A DNA stretch of 59,320 nt, filler included, from Sphacelaria rigidula (GCA_964200075.2; 10 parts of 10 records of this genome joined end to end with filler, not necessarily neighbours in it), one strand, 5' to 3'. Positions 12,598 to 25,732 are shown, numbered from the whole stretch's first letter. Notes: a model not told the origin generated them from the sequence alone. Numbers and translations are program-made.

Positions 12598-15500
12598 GTG
12601 TACAGAACATTCTCAAGATCCACTCATACTTCACACACGAATACAACGACAGTGGCTATACTTTGGCATTTTCAACTCATCCATCAAACTATCAGCAGGA
12701 CGAGCGCAGATAGTGCCGCCGCCTTGGCTTCAGGCAATGCACATCCTGACCGTGACTATATAGGCAGGAAATTACAGCCGTGGGACACCGATGTTCCACT
12801 TTTGAGTAAATATCCACCGTGAGCGTTCGAAACAGACAGGAACAATCCGGGCATATCCCCCTGACGCACGTTCGTGCTTGGCTCGTCCCACCCCGTTACC
12901 CGCTTGATTCGTGCCCGCCGTGTTGCCTGCTCAGGTTTAGGGCACTCGACCAAAAGCCTTGTCGTGCGATGGATAAGATCTGCCTGCCCCGATCCAGAAC
13001 AGCTGAATCCGTACTACGTGGCGCAGGGTCATGCCGTCGACTATCCCGTGGAGGCGCACAAGGAACCTCCTCAGGCCGCCACAGAGGGTGGATACCCAGC
13101 AGTCGAAGCGTACCACGCGGAGAAGGTGCGCTTTGAATGGACGGACGCCGAGACGGAGCTGGTTGTGCTGGCATACGATGACCCTGACACCGTGAGAATT
13201 ATCAACGAGCACGAGCAACGAGGGCGAACAGACAAGCTCAAAAAGTGGGGTACGAAGTTTAACCCAACATCCATAAAGGTTCTTCCCCGCGGGCCACACT
13301 TCCAGAGTCTGCTTCGCGAGAACAGCAAACGTGTCCGTAATTACCTGGCCACCGGTGTGTTCAAGCGGATACTACTCAAGAACAGTGAAGGACCGTTGAT
13401 CGTCACTCACGGGCCCAGCATGCCGACTGTTCTCAGTGGCTTCACGCCAACGGCTGCGGCAGGAGCAGGAGGGCACGTTGGACGGGAGCGGAGAGGGAGA
13501 GTGACGACAGCGGCCGCCAGGTGTGAGTCCGTGAGGGATACGCCGCCCGGCGTGGGCGCGGTCAGTGCGGGGAAAGAAGGGCCTGTCAAGAGACTCCAAC
13601 CCGCAGCGCTGAGAAGTGGGGGAGCATTGGTAGGACATACTGCCAGTGCTAGCGTGGGGGGTGATAGGGTGCGAAGACCCGCCCGGCAGTGTGCGGCGGC
13701 GGCGGTACCAGGCGAGCAAATGGGCGAGAGAGCGTCGACGGCGATGACAGACGCGACGGCAGGCGCTGGCGTTGTTGTCAGCGGTTTGGGGGGTACGACC
13801 CCGCGAGCTACCGTAGGGGGGTGGTGGGGGAGGAAATAGCTGTGGCGACTTCACGAGCGAGTGTTGTTGGCGGCGGGCTGGCGGCTGCATCAAGCGCATG
13901 GGGAGAGGGCGATGGCGGAGTTATGGCAGGGGCGGCCCCGCGGATCTATCTTGCGGTGGTGAAGGGCCAGCGATCAAGCGGGGCGGCCCCGGTGCCGACG
14001 ACGGCGCCGAGCAATAGTCTTCGCACCCACGCGGGGGTTATGGCGATTCCGCGATCATACCTTGCCGCGTTGACAGGCTGCGAAAGGGAGAGGGAAGCGG
14101 CGGCAGGAGAATCACACGCGCCGAGTGAGGCCCTCCCCGACCCTTCTATTTATGCCTTGCAACGTAACCTGTTGTGGTGGCGTCATGGCAGTGGGCCTGA
14201 TAGGAGTATTCATAGCGCACCTGGACCCGCAATAGGTGAAGGAGAGATGTCCATAGTCCACTTCATCATACATTCCGGGAGATTGTTCGGGAGAATCCTG
14301 AAGAAGTGGCTCGTGACGTCCATCAACACTGCTTAGTGGATCATTGTGCTCCTGGCAATGTCCTCCGAGTGTATCAAGCCGCATGGCTCGGACGCCGTGC
14401 AAGTCACTGTCAAACACATCGTGAATGGTGGCCCCCGGTACATACTGGTGAACTGGGTGTACAGTGCGATCGAGAATCTGAGGGACGGGAACGATAGTGC
14501 TTGGCCGCCCGACCGCCAGTACGATTGGATGGCACCGTCAATCAAGGTGGCACTGTTCGTTCTCATCTACCTGCTGGCCGGGTGCGACGCTTTACCACAT
14601 TTGCCCAGGATTCCTTTCCTGGAGACGTGAGATTTTGTTCTGGAGGCTATTCGCACGCCGAATCTCTTCACAAAAGCAATACTGGTGGACGAACATGGCA
14701 CGCTGAGGGTGGAGGTGGACGAGGGCGTAAGGCTGTTGGTCACAGTTTTCTTTTTCAGGTACGAAAATGCTTTCGTACAAGTTGCCGCGGATCCGGGACT
14801 TCTGTTCACTACGTGTGGACAGGGTTTGGCGCCGTACGCGAACAAGATCCGCTTGTGTATCACCACGGTGTATGAGTACCTGCCTTCCCGCTGCTGTCCA
14901 AACTTGGACGCCTGTGAGAAGCACGTCAGTAACTCGGATGCACTGTTCGAATTCCCGGGGGGGGGGGGGCTTTCTAGACAGGATGCCCCCAGTGGACTTC
15001 AACGGACGCGGGTGGGGCATAGAACATGAAAGGAGGACTCACTACGAGGGTGGTGTAAAATCGGCGAGCACAGCGGGGGTGGAGCTCGCATGCGACAACA
15101 TTGTGGTGCACTTGTCGAGTCACGAGTCACACGCACGTCGACACATGCGGGAACCTGCGGATACTCAGATATACATGCAACCCGGGAAAGGTGGCGATAA
15201 AACACAGATGCCGGATTTGCAGGTGTTTGTGGAACTGCACGCTGAACTGCGGTTGCCAGGGGGGCTGCTTCCTGCCCCCGCCCCCTTCGCAAGCGGCCGC
15301 CGCCGCGAATCCCGCTGGTGATACCGGCGACGGACACAGCGGTGCGCGCGGCCGATCTCGCGAGAAACGGGAGAAGCCGATCAACAGCGAAGCATGCAAG
15401 AGTCGGGTCGACTTCATCACGTGGAATGGGCGCAGCATCTCGAGCGAGAAGCATGCCAGGGGCACCTGCTAATTTGACCGATGATAAGGGGCGTTACTGG

Positions 15501-15760
15501 CACGGCGGCGGGAGGAGGGGGGGGGGGGGGCGCGTCCAGGACAAGATCCGATCAGTCACTAATTTTTCGATGGCGGATCAGATGAACCCATCGGACACAA
15601 TTCGAACTCTTCAGCAGAGATCTGGATTGGAGATTCAGATTCAATATGCAGCGGGTCCGATAGAGAGGACTCGGCATCAGAAGCGAGCGACGACCATGAC
15701 GAAGATTTCGCGTATTGATTTCAGTCTGTGGAGAATATTGAGGTCGTTCTTCCTGTAGAT
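12598..15760 (+). pseudogene. Decayed XPG/FEN-like (PIN-fold) nuclease plus C-terminal Cys-rich zinc finger; AcademX-like DNA transposon ORF, 3' portion
   Basis: Ordered motifs across frames: VVLAYDDPDTVRIINEHEQRGR, FQSLLRENSKRVRNYL, IGEGEMSIVHF, VTSINTA*WIIVLL, YILVNWVYSAI, LFVLIYLLAGCDALPHLP, PNLDACEKHV, PPVDFNGRGW, TCNPGK..CRICRCLWNCTLNCGCQGGC; stops at 14334 and 14628; frameshift at the G-run near 14960. Confidence 0.65.
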
Positions 15761-17856
15761 AGATTGCGCAAAAGTCTCTGTACAATTCAAGGTTGTTTTT
15801 TTCCACGCTGAAGTCACGAGCCGTGCCTCATACACCTGGCGACGATGATTCGTGCATGTGCAGTGCACCGTTGAGTGCGAAAGTGTATGTGGAGTGGTCT
15901 GGCGATACCTGTAAGCGAATTGCCTGTGGTGCGTGAAGCTACATTAGTAACGTCAGTCAAATGAGTGTTTCAACGCAAGATGACAACTCTGAAACATACC
16001 ATCGCATGCCAGTCGACCTTTGAGATACTGGACAGCACAGCCAACGCCCGCGCGTCGACTCTATGGCGTTCGTACAGGGAGAGTTGCCGGGAATCATCCG
16101 TATGACCTTTGTGTTGAGCGGTCGGACAAAAACTTGTCGGGTGATGTTCTTCGTCACACTCTCGCCGATATCCTTGACCTGCACCATCTGCACCGAACCG
16201 GAGGGTCGTGCCACTACTGTTTTTCCGAATCACAGATCGAGTTCATTTCCGCCACGTCTCACTTCGTACCCCTTCTTATGGCAAACAAAACATGCTGTGC
16301 GACAGTTTTCTGGTTGTCCCTCTGCTTCGTTTTTGGGCCTAAACGATGGTTGGGCGGATGTTGCCTCCTTGGAGTGCCTTGCTTCTTCCATCGTTGGCAA
16401 ATCCGCCACGTCACATAAACGTATTCAGGTGCTTGCATCTTGTTTGTTGGCCGAAATGTTTTGTCCAAGAACGATGGACAATAGCCGAGTCCAGAATAAA
16501 GTAGCAGACAGGTCTAGAGTTTCATGACAATTATAACGTGGTGTCGAATTTTCCTGGACAAAAATGGTACTGTACAGTCCAATCGAAAACAAATCTGCGG
16601 CCACCGGGAAAGGCAAAGGTGCCCTGGATTTCCCCCCCGGACTTGCCCACTCTGGCACAAGAGTTCATGTGTCAAAAAACAATACTGCCATGACAAGAAA
16701 ACACCAAGGTATCCTGCAGTTGTTTTGTACGAATATATATATAGGAAGACAAAGATATTCGAAGGTGTCAACACCCCCCTAGCTCCCTTTGAGGACGCAA
16801 AATGACAGATGGACAAAAAATGAGGGATGGGCTATGTTTTTGGCATCGTTTGTTTCCCATGAGAACCGGCCTTAGACGCCGAGGGGTCACGATCTCGCTG
16901 ACGGCAGAAGGAGCCGGCACCGTACGCGCGCGTGTGTACGTTGTCTTTTGCGCGGCGATCCCGTGAGCACACCTCGCGTGCCACCCCAGCAACAACATAC
17001 ACCATGCACATGTTTGTACCATCTTTTCTGCCGACAGGCAACGCGGTTGTTTCCGCGAATGAGTGTGGGAGAAATTGTTGTCGTTCATTTTGTCGTAGCA
17101 TCATGGTACTAGACTGGTGGCGGCAGAACAACCATGCGTTTGTCCACGTCCGTTTGTGTCGTCATACAGGGCGTGTCTTCGCACCTTTTTTTTTCGATCG
17201 AAAAACGAGCGATGGAATTGAGTCAAGTGAAAAATTCTCGTTTTGATGCAGTCCGGTCCGGATGGATTTTTAAGCTTTCGATCGGAAAAAGACAGTGAAA
17301 GTCGTGAAATAGTACAACATGGTCTGTACTGTTTGCACTGCTCGCAAGTAGGATGTCTTGGGTGCGTGTGTGCGTACTTCGTGCAGGAGAAGAAAAAGGG
17401 GAAGCGGACAATATGCAGTGCAGACAGCCCAACACTATCAGTTCTCTCTGCTTACAATGCGACTTGGAAATAACTTCAGCAACGTGCAGCTTTGTACTAC
17501 TGCCTGCACTGTCCATGAGTGTGTACGCAACTCGGTTGCCCAGCACCGTACCGCACGCAGTCCCGTCCCTGATCACTACCATGAGAGAAGATGCGCAAGT
17601 TTTTGCCAACAAGAAATAAACAAAGTACTACCCAACTGCTCTCGTGTATATATCCCTGTGCTCAACTCGTGCTCTATGCTGCAGGGTTGCGGTGGTAGCT
17701 CAGAATGAGTTGGATGGAGTTTGCATNNNNNNNNNNNNNNNNNNNNNNNNNNNNNNNNNNNNNNNNNNNNTTAATTAATTAANNNNNNNNNNNNNNNNNN
17801 NNNNNNNNNNNNNNNNNNNNNNNNNNTGCTTCTTCACGATTTTTTTTTTTTTTTCA

Positions 17857-17952
17857 TGCATTATCCATACCAAATTTCAGGATCTAACTCCAAACATTGG
17901 CCGGCGCATCCGCCTGCAAACGTCCATGCAGCCTCTAGGCTGGCCCAGCTCG
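17857..17952 (-). mobile_element. End of TA-MITE (CGAGCTGGGCCAG family), cut by scaffold start
   Basis: Ends ...ctggcccagctcg-TA; reverse complement of the 21069-21180 region. Confidence 0.8.
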
Positions 17953-18196
17953 TACCTCGACGGGATTATTCACGTGTTGGTTTACCGCACGTGGCACAAG
18001 CACAAAACGCAAATGATGACCTCTACCAGCGCCTTCAAGCAGGCTAGATGATGGCTTCGGGTGTACAAATCCCCGGGATTTTTTCATAGACCAAGAGGTG
18101 GGGTTTTGAGAACTGATTTCTCTGGAAAAAATCTCGAAGAAAAGTCGTCCAAAATGACTTTTCTCAGAGAATTTTTTCAGTCCAAAAGAAGCGGCC

Positions 18197-18533
18197 TTAC
18201 GCCTGAAAAGAGGGCTTGGCGGATGTCGACGCCTTGGAATGACTTACTCTACTTTTTGAGACGGTTCTAGGGCAACTTTTCATTCCCCGCTGGCAGCGCT
18301 TTTATTTTTGGCCAAACACTGATTTTTAATTAAAAACGATCAAGCGAAAAAAAAACAGGAGAAAATTTTGATCGCCTGACCGTTTTTTACTGAAGATCCG
18401 TGTTTGGCCTGATTTGGCCGAAAATAAAAGTGCGACCAGCGGGAAATGCAAAGTTGCGCTAGAACAGTCTCAACGTGTAGAGCAAGCCATTCCAGTGCGT
18501 CAACATCCGCCCGGCCCTCTTTTTCGGGCGTAA
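18197..18533. repeat. Foldback of about 340 bp (MITE-like); related partial copy at about 3960-4020
   Basis: ttacgcctgaaaagagggc...tggaatgactt...cactgatt..gatcaagcga pairs with tcgcctgacc..gatccgtg...aagccattcca...gccctctttttcgggcgtaa. Confidence 0.8.
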
Positions 18534-20791
18534 ATCGACGGAGAAGGGCCCGAAAGGCAGTTTTCGACCGGGATTTTGAACGCCTCCCATTAGGGTTGGC
18601 CTACTGTAAAACACGTTCTTAATTGAAACATACTGTGAAGAGTATCAAAAGCTCAATCCGTACATCGAAGATCATGTTACGCAGCAGTCCTTCAGATTCA
18701 GCGGAATGACCGCCACAGTAGGTACGGAGAAGATCTTCAATGAATTTCTCTTACCCTTACACCGCGAGGGTAGCCCATCTGGATCATCGGAAAATCAATC
18801 ATAGATTATATCAACACAAAAAACATGATTTTTGCTCTGCTCGTGGTTTGTGCAGCCTGCCCAACCCCTCATAAAATGCCAGCATACCGGCTGGGTCAGG
18901 GTGAACGACCGGAAAATCACTCCCCAGCGATTGCTCACGCCGTTTTTTGCAGTCAGGCCCTGAATTTTTCCTGACCCCACTCCTGGGACCCCAGATATCT
19001 GACGAAAGAAGTAATAAATCGAAAGACCCCATTCATACAGCCCTTCTCAACAATGGAGTTTCGGAACACAAAAATAGTCCAGGAAAACTCGAGGGATAAC
19101 TGTTGTTTGATTGGATTTTAGTAAGAAGATGCAAATCATCCCCGAGTTTTTGGCCCAAAATTTTGTTTTCCGAAACTCTTTGAATATCTCGAGAGCACCC
19201 GTACGCGAATTTTCAAGATCTAAGTCCAAAAAACGGCGTGAGCGGTTGAACGTTTGTGCGTTGAAATATACAGATATACGCGGAACCCTCCTAATTGCTT
19301 GATTACAGTATGCTATCGACGTTTTCTTATCGACCGTTTGGGATCAAATTTCTTGGTTACGCAACGAAAAATTGCACTAACCTTCCTTGGACTGCATCAA
19401 GACGAGTCAAGTTTTTGTTTTCAATTTTGAAGCAATCCGAACCGGCTTCTTGGGGGTCTTCATGCTGGGACCCCTGGAAGCCGGTAGAGAGCGGATAAAT
19501 TCTAAACTATTATTCAACGATTTTTCCCCATTCGCCGCACCTATACCTACCAATCTGCCAAGTTTGAGGATGATCAGAGCCTTTGTACAAAACTTACAGG
19601 GGAAACGTCAAGAGGCCTTCTGGGTCTTCGATGATATTATCGGTGGAAATCCGACGACGCCAAAACGCGATATCACCAAATACCGCGTTTTAGGGTATAA
19701 CTCGATCCCCGCCGAACCGTTTTAAAATATTTTTCGCGTTGGATTTCCTAGCTGATGGCGGTGACCAAGCTTTGATTCGTGATGAAATTGGGTGCAGAAG
19801 TTGAGTCGGGAATTGGTTTTTAATTTCAGAACAAATTGAAGCTCCTGATTATTCGAGACCCATGCTCGCGTCTAGCTCACCCCGCTAGGGCAATATATGA
19901 AAAACTCGAAATGTCATGCTCTTTCCCTGCTCGAGGCGGTCACTACGATCCCATATTTATGTGAATTGCACCACCATTGCGTTTTGTATCTAGTGGGGTA
20001 CTTGGGCTTGAACCCTGAACCAGCGTATAGCTTCACACTGTCGTGTTGTTATCAAACACGTGGGAGAGACATCGGTGGTAGACCGTAGATTGTGCTCAGT
20101 GGAGAGCGATTTTGCCGTCGTATCCAGCGAAGACATGCAGCACACATACTGACTCTGCACGTACTACACTGCAGGGTCGAAACCGGTCAGGGGTTTTCCA
20201 GGACCGTTTTTCATGAAGATGACCAACATCCACATGAATATAGGAAAAAAGGCGTTTTGTGCAGCGAGAAAAGCTGATCTGAAGGCCGAATGTGGCATTG
20301 TTCATCCCAGTCCACCTGCGGGGGGGGGGGGGTCGCCGTGTAAGGGTCAAAAGTAAGGTCGACGGGAGAGTGTACTATACCCCGTGTAGCAACTAGGATC
20401 GAAGGTATCGTCACGACCCCTTTCGTCTCAGACTTCCTTCACGATTGGTCCTCCTCTTGATCAGGGGTGCTGGCTTGCTTAGATGGCTACATGAATATTG
20501 CCATGGAGCAAGCGGAGGAGTATGTTAATGGCCAGCTCAAGGCTAAATACGGGGACTGTTTTATCCGCGGGAATAACGGTGAGTCTTTCGACAGCAGTAC
20601 CGAGGAAATTCAAGCACGTGTGGTCATGCCGTTCTGGTGACCCACCTATCTATGTGGGACCCGGCGCTGTACTGGTGTAATGCAATTGCTTGACAGAAAA
20701 ACTGTAGCGGATCGAACTTGTGACGGGTGGTCATAACCGCACTGTGCTCTGGGGTGTCCGCTGTATTGAAGAACACCAAAAATGGAGAGCA

Positions 20792-20792
<1 letters not shown>

Positions 20793-20838
<46 letters not shown>
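20793..20838. repeat. (TG)n microsatellite
   Basis: Direct reading. Confidence 0.95.
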
Positions 20839-20842
<4 letters not shown>

Positions 20843-21068
20843 TTCCGCCCTTTGCAGATTGCACCGCACGACACGAAATACTCGACTGTAGCAGCTGGAC
20901 CTATGTGTGTGAAGTGTAGAGCACATGTAAGGAATGCTTGTAAACCGGGCGCTACCGTGTATTTTAATCGGTATATCTGTACATCTTTTTCACTTCCACT
21001 TCGAGATGCGGTCGAGTCACCTGCCATGAAAAAAAATGTTGAATTTGTCATGGACTAGGGTTTAAGTA

Positions 21069-22226
21069 CAAGCTGGGCCAGCCGAGAGCCGAGAAGTGAA
21101 TTTGTAGTTTGCAGGCCTATTCACCGGCCAATATTCAGAGTTGGACCCTGAAATTTGGTACGAACAATGAATAGGGCATAATAAAAACGAATATCAGTGC
21201 ACACAAGTTTTTTTGTTTTCATGAGTTGAAAGCGTTTTACTGATACCTAAAAGCTGATTATTGCTCTTGACTCAAGGAACAAGAATAAAACCCCTTGTGT
21301 GCACTGGTATGTGTTTTCATTGTGCCCAATTCATTGTCCATACCAAATTTCAGGCTCCAACTCTAAACATTGGCCTGTGAATGGGATGTTTAGTGATCGG
21401 TCCGGAAGAATTTCGGAACAGTATTCTGTAGACCAGTTATCGGCCCACGGTTGGTGCTTGTGTATTGGAATTTTATGTGGACCGTGGCTAGGGCATGATC
21501 GATTTGTTTGTTTTTTTCCACTGGTTTAGAGCGTTTTAGTATGGAAACGACCATTTTCTTACGAGAAAGCCCGAACCTCTCCCAAAAAACAAAACAAAAT
21601 TGAGGGCCCATGTGTTTTTTGTTCAGCATACCTCTGTGGTTTTTATCCTGAGTTTCAAATCACAATTCTGAAAATTGAGCTGAAAAAATGAGATAAGGCC
21701 CACGAGCAGTGTTCATTTCTCCTCAAAACGGCCCTAAAAACGAAAGAAAGGACTGAAAAACGGAATATATGGAAAATCTGTTTCTTTGAGCATTTTTATC
21801 ATGCACCATCGGTTCTCCATATGAAATTTCATAGCATATCTCTCGAAAACTGAGACGCGATATTCAGATTTAGGGCATCTAGTGCCTCTGCTCATAATAT
21901 ACTGATTTTGGTATCGAACCTCATGTGCGCTACATCTCGAGATAAATAACGAATTAGGTGAAGCTGAGGGTATCTATCGTCACCCTCTGAATATATTGAT
22001 TGGGGGTTCATATAGATTTTCGTGTAGACGCTATCTCCATACGGTATAGGAATTACTTGACATGAGATTTAATCAACGAGAACGTATCGGCCCAGACTTT
22101 TGAGCAGATGGATACCTTCCCCTTGATCGGGCGATTAATACGATATGAGGATCATGGCCCAACTCGTCTATGTCGATGAGATCTTGCTTTGAGAGCTTGA
22201 ATCCGTTTCTAGGCTGACCCAGCTCG
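21069..22226 (+). mobile_element. 1158-bp non-autonomous Tc1/mariner-type element (TA target-site duplication)
   Basis: TA-CAAGCTGGGCCAGCC...GGCTGACCCAGCTCG-TA; colinear with 37326-38503; internal hairpin about 21110-21385; no ORF. Confidence 0.85.
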
Positions 22227-23899
22227 TAGGCGAGTCTTGGTTTAAAAAAAGCGAAATGGCGTGAAAGGGTGCGTGCCGTCGGGTACGGTGTGGCACTACG
22301 AGGCGATCTTACCAAACGTATGCACCTCGCCACTGCCCCCCAGAAATGGCCATGTCGGGAGTGACGTACTGACCGCACTGAATGCCTTCGAGGTATTGAA
22401 AATATCGAGGATGACATCACCCGCCTATAATTTGAGTAGAATACCAGCGCTTTCGGAATTCCTTAGTATCTCTAAATTGCTCGAAATTCATGCAAGAGTG
22501 GAATGGGTGGATTGTGTTGGGCTTTTGCGAGGTCAAAAACACCCGCGAAAGAATTCCCCTGTACCCGGTACGGTGAGCACTCTTCCCCATCCGATAGTGA
22601 TCCTGTTGAGCTACGATACCCAGGATAATGACGTTTGCCCGCACTTGGCGCGATGATTGTACGGTGGGGGTCCGGCTAGAGTGCAATGGATTGCTAGCCC
22701 GGCATGACCGGACTATGTGGGGACCCTGCACTGTTCTGCCGTTGTGCAATTGCCTGGTACGAGTGTAGCTGATCGGCCTTGAGATGAATGACTTTGACCG
22801 CACTAAAATGGGACCTCGCACTGAAGAAAGACTTCACACTAAAGTGAGACCTCGCACTGAAGTTTGACGGCCCATGGTATTGCAGTATTACATCAGGTGG
22901 ATGCGTATGTAAGCACTGCTCGCCGGCGTTTTGGCCCTGAACACAAAACAGTATTTTGCAATATTGCCCCTGTGGTTCTGAATTTCGTTTAGTCGGCTTT
23001 TGCGAAAATATTCATGAAAAGAAATGAAGATATTGAGGCTATGGCCGTCATGGGCAATGGCGGTGGTCGCTTGGGCTACGGAAGTGGGCACCGTGGTGAT
23101 GACACGGCTGCGTGTTCGCTCTCGTGTGAGGGCAGGTTGAGAATTCGGGTGCGAGGAAGAAAGTAAGGGAGAAGGACGGCCTGATATGATGGGGTTGACT
23201 TTCTCCCTGGAGAATGACGGTACTCCAGAGACCGAAGGGAGAATGACCCGAAGTGATGGACCGTCCGTTCACAAGGCACATCTTCGGAAGGATGTGTCGA
23301 GGATGCACCACATGTCGCATTATGGTACGCGGAGTGTTTGGACGTGGCCAAACCATGGTACTGATATCACCCCCCCAAAATGGTCTTTAGTGGGGTACTC
23401 CATCAAATCTAAGAGAACGGTAGATATTAGGCGATGTCTGGAGAATCATAGAGGCCGTGGTGCGTGAACACTCGCTTTTGAAATGTAAGTGGATAAGGAA
23501 TGGACGACCCCCCTTTATGTTGTTGTCGAAAAGGCGCGCTTGAAGTTCATCGATTTGAATGCTGCCGTTTCTCCCAACGAAATACTAACCCTTTTGGGAC
23601 CGGGCCTCCGGAACGACCAATGAGGCTGGTCAGAAATGACGTGTCTGGCGTCTAAACGAAACAGTGGCNNNNNNNNNNNNNNNNNNNNNNNNNNNNNNNN
23701 NNNNNNNNNNNNTTAATTAATTAANNNNNNNNNNNNNNNNNNNNNNNNNNNNNNNNNNNNNNNNNNNNGGGCACAGCCATATTGGCGAGCGTTTGGCGTC
23801 TTGGCCGGCCCAGCTCGTATAGGGGACACCATCACGAGGCTCCCTGGGTCTTCCGTGCGTATCATTAGTTGAAATTAGACGACGCAAACTCTTTATTTG

Positions 23900-23962
23900 G
23901 TTGTTACTGCTGTTGTTGTTGGTTGTTATTGTTGTTGTTGTTGTTGTTGGTGGTGGTGGTTT
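23900..23962. repeat. (TTG/TGG)n microsatellite
   Basis: Direct reading. Confidence 0.9.
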
Positions 23963-24037
23963 TTGTTATTATCGCTGCCCCCTTTCTTTCCTTTCTGAGG
24001 CCATTGCTTCTGTCGTTTTTCTGTTCCTCTTTATTTA

Positions 24038-24069
<32 letters not shown>

Positions 24070-24149
24070 GCTGCTCCTGACCACGGGCTGCATTGTTACA
24101 ATCAGCTAATGTGAGATAATCAATCCATCGAGCAATCAACACCCGACAT

Positions 24150-24640
24150 CACCGAAACATGACGGTTTCGGGTATAATTCGATCCCCGTAGTAACCGTTT
24201 TAATAATATGATTTTCTCGTTAGATTCCTGTGTCGATGACGGTTACTACGATTTGAAGCATGTTGAGATTGGGTGAAAATTGGGCTTGGTATTCGTAATT
24301 TCGATCTCGGAATAGTTTGAAGGGTGCTGTTCGGCTGAGACACATTTTCGTCCATAGCGCCGCCGCTACGGCCTTGAACAGAAATCCGGCCACGTCACCC
24401 TCTTCGTCTCTTCATTGCGGTCAGTATGATACCATATATGCGACTATTGGGTGCATATTGCGGAAGGCATTTGCTGATGACACAATTTTGGGTCATCACC
24501 GTGAACCAGCCTGTACCAATAACCAATACTACTATTGAAGCGAGGCCCATCCCTATTCCGATTGTTCGTCTATTTTCAACATTATTGAAGATGGAGATCG
24601 AGTCGGATTCTGATTCCAGCTCCGAGTGTTCGTTTCGATG
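24150..24640 (-). pseudogene. Possible PIF/Harbinger transposase N-terminal relic
   Basis: Acidic then hydrophobic stretch, then frameshifted KLFRDR/LRIPSPIF resembling the F-R-x-R-F-R motif; no DDE core seen. Confidence 0.3.
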
Positions 24641-25522
24641 GGCGACGCCTGGAGACCGGAGACCAGCCCTGAGACCCATTTTTATGGCAGGCACGAATCT
24701 CGACTTTCTCAAAATCGGGGGAACAAAAAATCGGGGAACGCAATTTATGGACACGGATTTGGTCCACATCGGGGGAAATCGTTCCGACATCGTGCCTTCC
24801 CCCGATTTTTTTGAGGTGACGTACGTGCATTGACGTACAGTGCTAGAGTGCGAGGCGTTTATTATTTTTGCAACGGCAGCAGGAGACAGTCTCGTAACAG
24901 CACAGGGCGTGCGTACTGCCGCCCCCAGCTGCTGAAGCAACTTCACACGGGGTTTGACAAGCGGATAATAGGTGCTGACGCCATACCCTACGTCGATAGT
25001 AATATTTTATACTAAGCTGCGCTGCCATATGCATCGCTATAACGACCGCCACTGTACTCTCCTAGCTGTTGTCGCTGTGCTTGAGGGGTGATGCGCGGCA
25101 GTGCACTATTGAACGCTGCTCGCGCTCTGTTTGTTCTCTGTTCTCGCAATACCGACTGTGCCATCATGTACCACCACAAGACATTATCATGTACTGTACT
25201 GATAAAGTGTCCTGGCCTGTATTACCCTAGGGTATCAACGTACGACACTGTCTTCGGGAGGATTGTTAACCCCCTGCCTGCTCTTCGGCCTCGTGCACGA
25301 GTACGCAGTACCGCACTCACGCAAAAAATGACCGTGTGTGTACAGAACCGTTTCACAAATCTGTGACACTGTTGTGGTGATTCGAACTCTCGGAGGCGTT
25401 TTGGTTTGTACAGAACTAGTTCTCATTTGAAAATATGAACTTGTGTTTGAGTACATCGGGACATGGCATGATCAACGAATGTTTGTCCTGAGTTCAGAGA
25501 TGTAATTGTGGTATTTCAAGGC

Positions 25523-25732
25523 TTAACCCTCAGACAGCGAGAGTAGGTCATCTGTTGAATCGGCATCAATTTCACTTGAAAAAAGTATGCATGATCCAGA
25601 TAAGACTACCCTCGCGGTCTAAGGGTTAACCGCTAGAGAGCGAGAGTAGGTCAGGTGTGGAATCGGCATCAATTTAACTTGAAAAAAGTATGCATGGTCC
25701 AGATAAGACTACCCTCGCGGTGCAAGGGTTAA
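25523..25732 (+). mobile_element. Head-to-tail dimer of 99-bp piggyBac-type MITEs
   Basis: TTAA-CCCT...AGGG-TTAA-CCGC...AGGG-TTAA; units 25527-25625 and 25630-25728; TIR about CCCTTAGACCGCGAG. Confidence 0.85.

Noticed and set aside
12874..14630. Host XRN1/XRN2 exoribonuclease gene
   Set aside because: Has GEGE and LPHLP but lacks DGVAP..K..QQR and YGLDADL, has stops, and ends in a Cys-rich finger; fits a transposon nuclease better.
20624..21058. HTHT/VCVC ORFs (also 29169-29662 and 41539-41857)
   Set aside because: Translations of (CA)n microsatellites.
22261..23467. Cluster of 90-135-aa ORFs
   Set aside because: Could be a decayed element, but I found no motif to support any call.
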